This document shows, one piece after another, positions 39,858-48,239 of a stretch of DNA of 64,000 nt. The DNA comes from Candidatus Parcubacteria bacterium (GTDB lineage Bacteria > Patescibacteriota > Minisyncoccia > UBA6257 > HR35). The stretch spans positions 688-64,687 of the forward strand of contig BPJI01000002.1 of the NCBI GenBank assembly GCA_026004535.1, read 5' to 3'. How positions within the stretch are numbered: position 1 is the stretch's first letter; each line of letters opens with the position of its first letter. The position numbers and the translations under genes were made by a program. Under the pieces are notes generated by a model. That model worked only from the letters and a program-made list of their open reading frames with translations, did not search any database and was not told the origin of the DNA.

Positions 39858-41186
39858 ATGGAAAATATAAATGATGAAATCAAAAATGATATTCAAGAAG
39901 ACATTTTAAAGGAAATTCAAAGTCAGTTGGCAAATAAAACGCCGGAAATATCGTCCGATGATTATTTGGATGATGATGTTTCGGAAATAGATGACAATTA
40001 TGATGATGAAAATGATACAGATATAGATAATAGTGAAGAATTTGAAGATGGTGAAGTGATTGAAGAGAGTGCGGAAGAAGTATCAAATTTCAATCAATTT
40101 GCCGAGCCGTCAAAAGACATTCCAAATATAGATTATTCTAAATATTCAGAAGGTTCGCAGGTATATTTAAGCCCTGAAAAGATTGAAAAAAATGCAAGAA
40201 AAACTGCAGAGACAATTGTCGTAATTGGTGTTTCTAATTTAGAGAAGATTGCCAAGAGTATAGCGAAATTTAATTTAATAAAAATGGAGTCGTGGCATAT
40301 AAACGGCAAAATTGATATAGATGCCAAAATTAAGGACTCTGATGGTGATATTATTACGGCAAGAGAGTATATGGCAGAGTTTAATGAGAAGGTTGATACT
40401 ATAATTAGTTTAGATAAGGACTTAAAAGAAGGTTTGTATGACTCTATTTATGAGTTGGCCAAAGAAAGTAAGACAGGTGGTTTAACTGCTTCGCAAAGAT
40501 TGATGTTATATGGAGTAGCGGGATTGTTGGATGTGGGAGAAAAAACAATTATGCTTACGCAAATGAAACACGAGTTTATTAATATGTTGAAAAGACAAAA
40601 AGCAGAAAAAGAACAAGAAAATTTGCATACCGACACTTCATTCAACCCGGATATGGAAGAAAGCATGTTGGAAAAAATAATAGAAGAAAAAACCAAAATG
40701 GATATGCAAAGTGAGAGAGATATAGAGTCAATGAACAATCGTGATTTGGATTTGGATGAAATAAGGGCAAATGTTGAAAAACAACAATCACAATTCAAAC
40801 AAAATAGTGTTGACGATAAAGAAGAAGTTTTTGATGCGAATGAATTTAATACTATCATAGAAGATGATTTTGCTGACATTGACTTGCCAAATGGTCAAAG
40901 TATAAATATAAATGAAATAGATATTGAAGATGAAATTGATAATAATGAAAATAATGATGAAGATGATGAAGTTATCTATGTGCCGAAAGAAAATAGTGAA
41001 GACACACAAGACGATTTTACGGATTTAGAGATTAAAAAGGACAAAAAGAAAAATAAAAAGAACGATGATGATGAGATAGGCAATTTTGATATAAGTAGGA
41101 ATATGCCGAGCGATTTAAGTAATTTTGAGAGTGAAGAAGGCGAACCTAAACGCAGGAGAGGTCGTCCCAGAAAAGAAATAAAATGA
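39858..41186 (+). CDS. highly acidic protein ending in a canonical AT-hook (442 aa)
   Basis: Multiple D/E runs. The C-terminus PKRRRGRPRKEIK contains an RGRP AT-hook core. The four antisense ORFs inside it are spurious. Confidence 0.55.
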   Translation: MENINDEIKNDIQEDILKEIQSQLANKTPEISSDDYLDDDVSEIDDNYDDENDTDIDNSEEFEDGEVIEESAEEVSNFNQFAEPSKDIPNIDYSKYSEGSQVYLSPEKIEKNARKTAETIVVIGVSNLEKIAKSIAKFNLIKMESWHINGKIDIDAKIKDSDGDIITAREYMAEFNEKVDTIISLDKDLKEGLYDSIYELAKESKTGGLTASQRLMLYGVAGLLDVGEKTIMLTQMKHEFINMLKRQKAEKEQENLHTDTSFNPDMEESMLEKIIEEKTKMDMQSERDIESMNNRDLDLDEIRANVEKQQSQFKQNSVDDKEEVFDANEFNTIIEDDFADIDLPNGQSININEIDIEDEIDNNENNDEDDEVIYVPKENSEDTQDDFTDLEIKKDKKKNKKNDDDEIGNFDISRNMPSDLSNFESEEGEPKRRRGRPRKEIK

Positions 41187-41253
41187 TTGATAATGAAGAA
41201 AATATTTAACAGCAGAGAATTTTGATTGTTTATATTAATAATATTGATAGTTA

Positions 41254-41556
41254 TTGATATTTGCTGTGTCTATTTTTAAAATTTATTATGTGAGTGATTT
41301 AAAAAGCGTAAATAAAGAAATATTGCAAATAAAAGACAGTTTGTATAAATACACACTTGAAAGAGAAATTGAAAGCAAAAATTTAAGAGACACAATTAAG
41401 ATCATAGAAAAACAAATATACTTTAACAACAGGATATATGAAAAACAAATTATACAGATTGACACGATTACATCTATTGATACTATTTTTAACAATATAT
41501 ATTCATACATATTGTCAAAGCGATACATTGACGTCTATAAAGATAGGAATAAATGA
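41254..41556 (+). CDS. uncertain ORF with a non-ATG (TTG) start; an in-frame GTG exists at 41287. Its 3' end overlaps the next gene by 119 nt in another frame
   Basis: The translation is coiled-coil-like, but both the start and the gene's reality are uncertain. Confidence 0.3.
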   Translation: MIFAVSIFKIYYVSDLKSVNKEILQIKDSLYKYTLEREIESKNLRDTIKIIEKQIYFNNRIYEKQIIQIDTITSIDTIFNNIYSYILSKRYIDVYKDRNK

Positions 41557-41929
41557 CACCTTTCCAAATAATTATGGTCGGGATAGTTTAATTTTTCTGA
41601 AAAGCAGAGTTTTTTTTATCTATAACCAATATTTTTCTTGTTTTAATTTACAGGATTCAAGAGAATTGTTAAAGTACTTAAAAACATTTGATTATTTAAG
41701 GGAAGAAAATAAATTATTGAAAGAAAAAATAAGCAAATTGGAAATGTTATATTCTAATGAGAAAGCTTATAGTGATAAAATAAAAATTGATTTGGAAAAT
41801 ACATTGAAAACAAATAGCCAATTGCACGATGAAAACTTAAAATTGAAATATAAAAACAGGTATCTAAAATTAACGATAGGGATTTTGGCCGTAACAGATA
41901 TTGTTTTACTGTATTTACTTGTTAAATAA
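41438..41929 (+). CDS. spanin-like envelope protein: signal peptide with a Cys near the cleavage region, coiled coil and a C-terminal TM helix
   Basis: N-terminal segment LHLLILFLTIYIHTYCQSD, a coiled-coil middle (LREENKLLKEKISKLEMLYS...), and C-terminal TM segment LTIGILAVTDIVLLYLLVK. Confidence 0.4.
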   Translation: MKNKLYRLTRLHLLILFLTIYIHTYCQSDTLTSIKIGINDTFPNNYGRDSLIFLKSRVFFIYNQYFSCFNLQDSRELLKYLKTFDYLREENKLLKEKISKLEMLYSNEKAYSDKIKIDLENTLKTNSQLHDENLKLKYKNRYLKLTIGILAVTDIVLLYLLVK

Positions 41930-41933
41930 ACTT

Positions 41934-42194
41934 TTATTTTTTGCTTTTATATTCGTCATAAAGTTTTTGCAAATTCAGCCAAAACCTGCCACTAATTTTT
42001 GTTGATTTTTCTAATTTCTTTGCAATATCTTTATCAATATCAATTTTTTGGCACATAAATTTTTTTAATGTATCCAAATCTATATCTGATATTTGAGAGA
42101 AATATTCCAGAGAGTAATTTAATTCGTTTAATTTTTCTTTTAATGTTTCAGATGGATGAAAAACTATATTTGCTTTGTATTCATTGTTTTTCAT
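41934..42194 (-). CDS. HigA/VapI-family XRE helix-turn-helix regulator with no toxin partner (86 aa)
   Basis: HPSETLKEKLNELNYSLEYFSQISDIDLDTLKKFMCQKIDIDKDIAKKLEKSTKISGRFWLNLQKLYD matches the HigA-like HTH consensus (HPGEiL...L..lg.s...LA..l......l......i....A.rL......FWLnLQ..YDL). Confidence 0.7.
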   Translation of the reverse strand: MKNNEYKANIVFHPSETLKEKLNELNYSLEYFSQISDIDLDTLKKFMCQKIDIDKDIAKKLEKSTKISGRFWLNLQKLYDEYKSKK

Positions 42195-42218
42195 TGTTTT
42201 AGATTTATTTTTATTGCA

Positions 42219-42242
42219 AGTAACTATTATTCGAGCGGTTAC
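42219..42242. promoter_or_regulatory. inverted repeat GTAAC-n13-GTTAC in the divergent region upstream of the HigA-like gene; operator candidate
   Basis: The sequence gtaactattattcgagcggttac lies 25 nt upstream of the regulator's start codon. Confidence 0.3.
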
Positions 42243-42445
42243 AATAATCTTTTGATTGTATAATATCTATCATTATTTTGGCAACCAACTTATAAAGCAA
42301 ATACTTTCAATAAATAAACAAAATTACTACTTTTGACTCTAATTGGACAATAATGATTGCATTTTTTTGCAAATTAAAAAATTATATTTAAATTTGCTCA
42401 CATAAACTTAAAAATATTGACTTATGGAAACTACAAAAAAAACCA

Positions 42446-42967
42446 TTGAAAATGGAGAAAATCTTTTTAAGAATTAAGAAAAACAAAAACATCCAAGACA
42501 ATTATTTCATATCATTGAATTTTACAGATGACAATGGGATGGAATATAGCAAAATACTGAATTATTTTAGTAAAAATGGTAAGGATTATTTTGCCATAAG
42601 AGACAATATGGGAGTATTTTCCGTTTCATTGGATGATATGACAGAGGATAGGTGTGTATTGGTGTATAAAAACGATGAAACCAACACAAAAATCAAATAT
42701 GAATTGGCAAATGCAGGAGGTTATTATATGTATTTTGAAAAACTACCAGAACATGTTGTAAAAAAAATAGACAAAATCTACCAAAAACTTGAAACACAAC
42801 TAATGGAAAAAGAGCAAAAAGAACAAAAAGAGATGAACAATGGAAGTATTAGTAATAATGATGAATATGTAAAATATGAAGTTTACAATGATGAAGAGGC
42901 AGAAGAAATGTTTCCATCACGCAAAGATGAAGACGAAGACGATGTTATTTTTGGTGGCAGAAATTAA
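42446..42967 (+). CDS. hypothetical protein with a very acidic C-terminus ending DEDEDDVIFGGRN (173 aa)
   Basis: An ORF whose acidic tail is faintly reminiscent of SSB DDDIPF tails. Confidence 0.45.
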   Translation: MKMEKIFLRIKKNKNIQDNYFISLNFTDDNGMEYSKILNYFSKNGKDYFAIRDNMGVFSVSLDDMTEDRCVLVYKNDETNTKIKYELANAGGYYMYFEKLPEHVVKKIDKIYQKLETQLMEKEQKEQKEMNNGSISNNDEYVKYEVYNDEEAEEMFPSRKDEDEDDVIFGGRN

Positions 42968-42987
42968 ATGTGAAATAAAATAATGTT

Positions 42988-43488
42988 ATGATAGTAGCAG
43001 GAATAGATATAGGTAAAAAAGGATATATTGTTTTAAATCAAAATTATGATATTTTGGAATATTTTAAAATGCCATTGCTTGCCAATGAGTTAGATATAGA
43101 AGAGTTGAATCGGCTGTTAAACGGCATAAATGAGCAATACGGAAATGTGTTGTTTGCTTTTGAGAAATTTAACAATCTTTTCGGATATTCAAAGCAAGCG
43201 GCAATATCAATAAACTCTCAATTCAATATCTTTAAAACAATTATGATTCTAAATAAATTTAAATACATAACCATCCATCCCAAAGATTGGCAAAAAGATA
43301 TATTTAAAAACCTTGATTTGATTAAAAACGATAAGACACAAACAAAAAAGAAAGAGACAAAAGTTCTATCTTTGCGTGCCTGCCATCATTTATATCCTAA
43401 ATATGCAGGCATTGTAAAGAATAATGATAACTTCGCCGATGCTATACTTATCAGCCATTATGTTTTACGGAAACATATATCTGTCTAA
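42988..43488 (+). CDS. RuvC-like Holliday-junction resolvase candidate (166 aa)
   Basis: The N-terminus MIVAGIDIGKKGYIVL resembles the RuvC/YqgF first-acidic-residue motif. The size is appropriate. Confidence 0.45.
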   Translation: MIVAGIDIGKKGYIVLNQNYDILEYFKMPLLANELDIEELNRLLNGINEQYGNVLFAFEKFNNLFGYSKQAAISINSQFNIFKTIMILNKFKYITIHPKDWQKDIFKNLDLIKNDKTQTKKKETKVLSLRACHHLYPKYAGIVKNNDNFADAILISHYVLRKHISV

Positions 43489-43489
43489 A

Positions 43490-44056
43490 TTACTTCATGT
43501 ATAAATAACATGTTTCCAAATAACCATTCCTTCCGACATAATTGCATATTCGGTCAAGGACTTTGTTTTCTTTAATTCCGCTTAATATACTTGTCCCTGT
43601 GTATTCTTGAAGTATTTTGTCGTCTCCGTAACTATCACGATAGTTAATTTTTAAAAATATTTTTAACGTATCAATGAAATTCCTGTTTGATGATTCATCT
43701 TTGTAGTTATATATGTCTATCAGATTGTTTAGGTATAAAGTAAGATAAAAATAAGACCACGCATAAATATTATTATCTTTAAGAGAGTTGTTTAAAAAAT
43801 TTATTTGCTTTTGCGTTAGTTTATTTTGATTATTTTTAAAAATAGTTTTATAGTTTCTTATGTGCATTAGAGAATTTCCTTTCTCTGCCAGTAAAGAAAA
43901 TGGCAATATGAGCGGCACATTGTTTAATTCGCAACATTCCTTCAACACGTTTAATTTTACATTGTCCATAAATGTTGCCAGATAGGTAATGTCAATATTG
44001 ATTCTTGAACCGAATTTTGGATCGGTCGTGTAGGGTATTTTTATATATAATCTCAT
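43490..44056 (-). CDS. hypothetical protein (188 aa)
   Basis: An ORF overlapped by 4 nt by the upstream gene. Confidence 0.5.
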   Translation of the reverse strand: MRLYIKIPYTTDPKFGSRINIDITYLATFMDNVKLNVLKECCELNNVPLILPFSLLAEKGNSLMHIRNYKTIFKNNQNKLTQKQINFLNNSLKDNNIYAWSYFYLTLYLNNLIDIYNYKDESSNRNFIDTLKIFLKINYRDSYGDDKILQEYTGTSILSGIKENKVLDRICNYVGRNGYLETCYLYMK

Positions 44057-44457
44057 TTTTCATTTTCAATAAGAAGATCTCTTATCAATTCTTTGCCATC
44101 ATCATTCAAATTTAACAGTTTTATTTTGTATTTTATTTTAAGAATGGCAATATTGTGCGAATTTTTATTTAATATATAATCATTGTATAGAGAATAAAAA
44201 TATAAAATAACTTCCTGTTCTATGTCTTTTTTAAATATAACAGATGTCGCAATCTTGCTTTTTATTCTTTTAAATAAATAATCATTAAGCAAAACGTGAT
44301 ATGTGTCCGAAGTAATATATTCCGTATCAAAGTAACGCTTGGCAGTATAAAATATCATATCTTCATAGTCCACGAAAAAAAATAAAGCAAGATTAAATTT
44401 AATTTTATGGGCTAATTTGACAAGTTTATCCGATATTATGTATTTAATTTTTTTCAT
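44053..44457 (-). CDS. hypothetical protein (134 aa)
   Basis: An ORF. Confidence 0.5.
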   Translation of the reverse strand: MKKIKYIISDKLVKLAHKIKFNLALFFFVDYEDMIFYTAKRYFDTEYITSDTYHVLLNDYLFKRIKSKIATSVIFKKDIEQEVILYFYSLYNDYILNKNSHNIAILKIKYKIKLLNLNDDGKELIRDLLIENEK

Positions 44458-45005
44458 TGTTTTTTATTCATTATTTTGATATATTTTTGCGATATTTTAT
44501 CAAAATCATATAGTTTGCTTTCTGCATAAAGGTTGTTTGCCATTTCAAGCAATCTTTTTTTATTCTCTTCAATTGACTCTATTCCATCGCTTGCCAAATT
44601 GTAATTAAATACTTGGTTTCTACTCTTGTAGTAATTGTCCAAAAAGTCGTATGCCTGATACACTTTTTTAAATTTGTATTTAGTAAATCTCTTTTTAATC
44701 AATTCACGTACATAACTTATATCTTCCATTGTTAATTCGTGCGTTTTACTTATTACGCTTAATTCGCCCTCTTCAAATTCGCCATATATCTTCTTAACGT
44801 CCATCAAAAATTTAAGTTTCAATTCGCTTTTTAAATTTTTGTATAGTTCTTGCTTTATTAAACAAATAATTTCTTTAATTTTATTGCTTGATATTGTTGA
44901 ATTTAAGGCATTTGCATAAGCAGAAATTTGATTGAAAATTTTTTTGTCGGTGTTTTCATCGTAATTAAAATAATCAATAATTCCAAAATTTTCTATCTTT
45001 TCCAT
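44454..45005 (-). CDS. hypothetical protein (183 aa)
   Basis: An ORF. Confidence 0.5.
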   Translation of the reverse strand: MEKIENFGIIDYFNYDENTDKKIFNQISAYANALNSTISSNKIKEIICLIKQELYKNLKSELKLKFLMDVKKIYGEFEEGELSVISKTHELTMEDISYVRELIKKRFTKYKFKKVYQAYDFLDNYYKSRNQVFNYNLASDGIESIEENKKRLLEMANNLYAESKLYDFDKISQKYIKIMNKKQ

Positions 45006-45026
45006 ATTATTAAATTTTTATTCTTT

Positions 45027-45758
45027 TTACATTCTACGAAATAAATATATTATCAAAGTTAAAAAAACTGCTGATGTAATAACAATTAAAAATACAAATA
45101 GTATCTTTTCCTTGTCAATATTTGGGTCATCGTCAGTATTATTATTGACCCCAGAAGGTTTTATATCTTCATAAGGGACAAAAATGTGGCTATTTATTCT
45201 GTTTAGTATCCCTTGAAGAAATTTTTTGTTTTTATCTGATTCGTAAGCAGTCCATCTACTCTTTAGCTTATTAAATAATTGCTCTTGTTTTTCTTTATTC
45301 ATTTTATTTATCTCTTCGCTCAATATAGGCATATATTCATGTGGTATAGAAGGATAGTCGGTAATTTTTTTCCCTTTTATTTCCGCAACAGCATTTTTTA
45401 AATCTTGTCGGGCTTGCGATTCACCGGATTTAACCATCATATCAAAAATAAGTTGCTTTATAGACCTATTTTTGATATTATCTAATTTGTTGTTTTTGTG
45501 ATTGTATATGTAATCATAATATAACTTTTTTGCATCATCTTTAGTCAGATTTTGAATAAATTGCTTAATCTTTGTGGGATTGGTATATTTAAGTTTATCC
45601 CTAACAAAATTGCATGTGATACCATATTTTGTGAGAAACTTGTAATTTACGCCGTCAATAGTGCAAAAATTACCTGAATCTAAATTAGAGTCGTTTATTT
45701 CGCCTTCATACTTAAAAACGTGCTCTATTATTTTTTCATAATCTTTTGAATAAGGCAT
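45027..45758 (-). CDS. GH108-like N-acetylmuramidase-domain protein with a C-terminal TM anchor
   Basis: The N-terminus VFKYEGEINDSNLDSGNFCTIDGVNYKFLTKYGIT resembles the GH108 EGG...D.GG.T.yGIt signature. The C-terminal TM segment is ILFVFLIVITSAVFLTLIIYLF. Confidence 0.4.
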   Translation of the reverse strand: MPYSKDYEKIIEHVFKYEGEINDSNLDSGNFCTIDGVNYKFLTKYGITCNFVRDKLKYTNPTKIKQFIQNLTKDDAKKLYYDYIYNHKNNKLDNIKNRSIKQLIFDMMVKSGESQARQDLKNAVAEIKGKKITDYPSIPHEYMPILSEEINKMNKEKQEQLFNKLKSRWTAYESDKNKKFLQGILNRINSHIFVPYEDIKPSGVNNNTDDDPNIDKEKILFVFLIVITSAVFLTLIIYLFRRM

Positions 45759-45832
45759 ATGTTAATTTTGAGACACACAAAAATAAAATTTTATTTAGAA
45801 ATATATTATATTTGCAATATAAAAATTTAAAT

Positions 45833-47005
45833 ATGGCTACTTTAATAGATGTTTTAAAAAAGGAGCAAATAAAAGAATTGACAAATGATAATACGTCTCC
45901 TGTATTATTATTAAACAATTTGGCAACAAATGAAAAGTTATATCTGTATGGTTATGACTTGAAAACCAAAACATTTAAAGGATTGTATGTCGATTCTGAT
46001 GGAGACGCCAAAATTGTAAATGTTTCAAAAACCGAAAACTCCAATTGGTATAATAATCCCGAAAAATATTTGATTATTGACTTGTCGGATATAAAGAAAA
46101 AAAACAATCAAGATTTTGGCAATTACATCAATGAATATATTAAACATGCATCAAAAGTAAATAATAAATTTGAAGAAGGTGGAGTGGTTGAAGGTGGATA
46201 CGAAGACGAAATTGTTTTGAGAAAATCTATTAAAAACTTGTTTATAGAGATAAAAGATTTGTCCGCATTTGATATTTATGCCATTGAGCAATATATCAAT
46301 AAATTCTACGAAGTTCCACTTCCAATAGGTTCTTTTTACGATTATTATTACAAACAAACATACGGATTTACTGATTTTACATTATTTGATTTGCTTGTAA
46401 CCGACGTTGAAAATCTTAAAACTATCAATAATACATTGGTTATTATTACATCAATATTGAATACTGATTATATTTCGGAATTGAATCCTGAAATAGAGGT
46501 TGAGAAATTGAGTGAAAAAGATATTGACATTTTTGAAAGATTGCCGGACGCAGAAACACTGAAAGAAAAAAGGAAAAAGAAAGAAGAAGAAGCAAAAGTT
46601 GAAGTGGCTGAAATCAAAAAAGTTGAGAAAGATAAAAAGAAAGATGAAAGAAAAGTTGTCAAAATTGACGTTTTTGACTTCCCGTTGATAAATGTATTAT
46701 TGGTTGAGTATATTGGCGAGTTCTTTTCTTTTGACGAATCTGAAATGACAAAAGAAAATATTGAATATGTTTACCAATCAATTGATAGTAGTTTGCAACA
46801 ATATATGACCGATAAAGAAATAAACAAAGATATTTATTATTCTTTCGACGAAGTTGAAAAAGAAATAACTGAATTGTATCAATATTCCCAAGAGATAAAG
46901 GACGTTTTAAATAGGTTCTATGCTAATTCAAAAGACGATAGTGATTTAAACAAATATGTTGCATTTAAGTTCATAAAAGGTTTAAGATACTTGAATTTAA
47001 TATAG
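45833..47005 (+). CDS. hypothetical protein. I moved the start to the ATG at 45833 (MATLIDVL...); the ORF track began at an upstream TTG
   Basis: The sequence aaaaatttaaatATG and a -7-like TATATTTG at 45807-45814 precede the ATG at 45833. The gene has a K/E-rich internal stretch. Confidence 0.5.
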   Translation: MATLIDVLKKEQIKELTNDNTSPVLLLNNLATNEKLYLYGYDLKTKTFKGLYVDSDGDAKIVNVSKTENSNWYNNPEKYLIIDLSDIKKKNNQDFGNYINEYIKHASKVNNKFEEGGVVEGGYEDEIVLRKSIKNLFIEIKDLSAFDIYAIEQYINKFYEVPLPIGSFYDYYYKQTYGFTDFTLFDLLVTDVENLKTINNTLVIITSILNTDYISELNPEIEVEKLSEKDIDIFERLPDAETLKEKRKKKEEEAKVEVAEIKKVEKDKKKDERKVVKIDVFDFPLINVLLVEYIGEFFSFDESEMTKENIEYVYQSIDSSLQQYMTDKEINKDIYYSFDEVEKEITELYQYSQEIKDVLNRFYANSKDDSDLNKYVAFKFIKGLRYLNLI

Positions 47006-47008
47006 CAA

Positions 47009-47491
47009 TTAGTTCATATTAAAACAAAAGATTGGAAAAGTTCTTAAATGCACCGAGAGAACGCCTTTGGTTTCCAATATATCTATAATAGGCGTCGGCT
47101 CAAAAATGTTATCATAAAGCAATTCGTTTTCATAAGTTATCATGACAAATTTCTTAATGGATATATCGTGTAAAATTTCTATTACGGCAGGATAATAACT
47201 TTTCAATTTGTCGTCATAATTATATCCCAATATTACAATTGTGGCTGTTTTATTTTCTTTATCATAGTTTATTACGTAATAATGAAAGTATTTATCAATC
47301 AAATGAGCATAAGCAATCTTATCGTGTAATAAAGAATATATACCATCAATATATTCTTGCTTATCGTTGAATTTTAGGGATAGAATTATTCTATCAATAA
47401 CCAATTCGTCAAAATCACTAAAATCGTGGTCTTTATATCTGATTTTAGAGAGTTTATCGTTTAGGTAGTTTATCGAATTTTTAATATCCAT
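47009..47491 (-). CDS. hypothetical protein (160 aa)
   Basis: An ORF convergent with the previous gene. Confidence 0.5.
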   Translation of the reverse strand: MDIKNSINYLNDKLSKIRYKDHDFSDFDELVIDRIILSLKFNDKQEYIDGIYSLLHDKIAYAHLIDKYFHYYVINYDKENKTATIVILGYNYDDKLKSYYPAVIEILHDISIKKFVMITYENELLYDNIFEPTPIIDILETKGVLSVHLRTFPIFCFNMN

Positions 47492-47594
47492 AACATAAAA
47501 ATTTGCAATAAAAATAACAAATTAGTTAAATTTAAAGTGTTTATATCAAAAAGATAATTATAGACATATACTTATAAATTATAATGACTTGAAT

Positions 47595-47825
47595 TCACAT
47601 ACTCTTAAGAATCCACCAGTAATCCCAATCGAAATTGTTCACTCTATGTTGCCAAATATCTTCTAAAGCATTACGGAATCTATCATCAGTAGATGGCATT
47701 TTTTCCAAATTATAAATTCTATTTAAAAAGTCTGTTTCATCTAACCGTCCATGCCACCTAAATATCTTTTATTTTATCTCATCAAAAAGGTCTTTTCTTG
47801 TTACAGCACTTATTTGATTATCCAT
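47595..47825 (-). pseudogene. 76-codon ORF interrupted by a single in-frame TAA at 47769-47771 (MDNQISAVTRKDLFDEIK*KIFRWHGRLDETDFLNRIYNLEKMPSTDDRFRNALEDIWQHRVNNFDWDYWWILKSM)
   Basis: I translated it by hand. The sequence is protein-like on both sides of the stop in the same frame. Confidence 0.35.
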
Positions 47826-48212
47826 AATTCTTTTATTTTTTCACCTAACGGTGTCAGGCGGTACTATTATTAGCATTTTTATGTTTTATTGACAAGCCTG
47901 TCAATATAATTAAGCAATATTTCGCCTTGTTTTGTCAAATAAAACAGATTGATAATCAATAAGGTGTAATTTCATTAAACAAAATTGTTTAAATAACGAA
48001 GTATTATTTCCCCTCATTTTGTTTAAAATAAAGTGTTGACTATCAGGTTTTTGCAATTTATTTAAACAATATTTGTACTAAATTCAACTAATAAATGCAA
48101 CTTTTTGATGGTTCAAATATAAATAAAATTTTAATCTTGGAAAAATAAATAGATGTATGAGTAAATATTTATAGAAAACTCTACTCAAACAAGCAGTTTT
48201 TAGAAAAATTTA

Positions 48213-48220
48213 TAGCTTTG
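48213..48220 (+). promoter_or_regulatory. Bacteroidetes-type -7 element TAGCTTTG upstream of the gamma-class MTase
   Basis: It matches TAnnTTTG and lies 19 nt before the ATG at 48240. Confidence 0.4.
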
Positions 48221-48239
48221 TGTAAGTTAAAAGATTAGT

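Noticed and set aside
26191-41528. Short ORFs nested or antisense within plus-block genes (26191-26412, 29868-30062, 32121-32408, 32430-32612, 33644-33862, 34217-34477, 35153-35389, 36245-36466, 37410-37675, 37982-38170, 38567-38939, 39880-40086, 40133-40327, 40448-40879, 40788-41009, 41286-41528).
   Set aside because: Each lies inside or opposite a longer, better-supported ORF. Their translations are F/L/S/I-rich antisense artefacts of AT-rich, purine-skewed coding strands.
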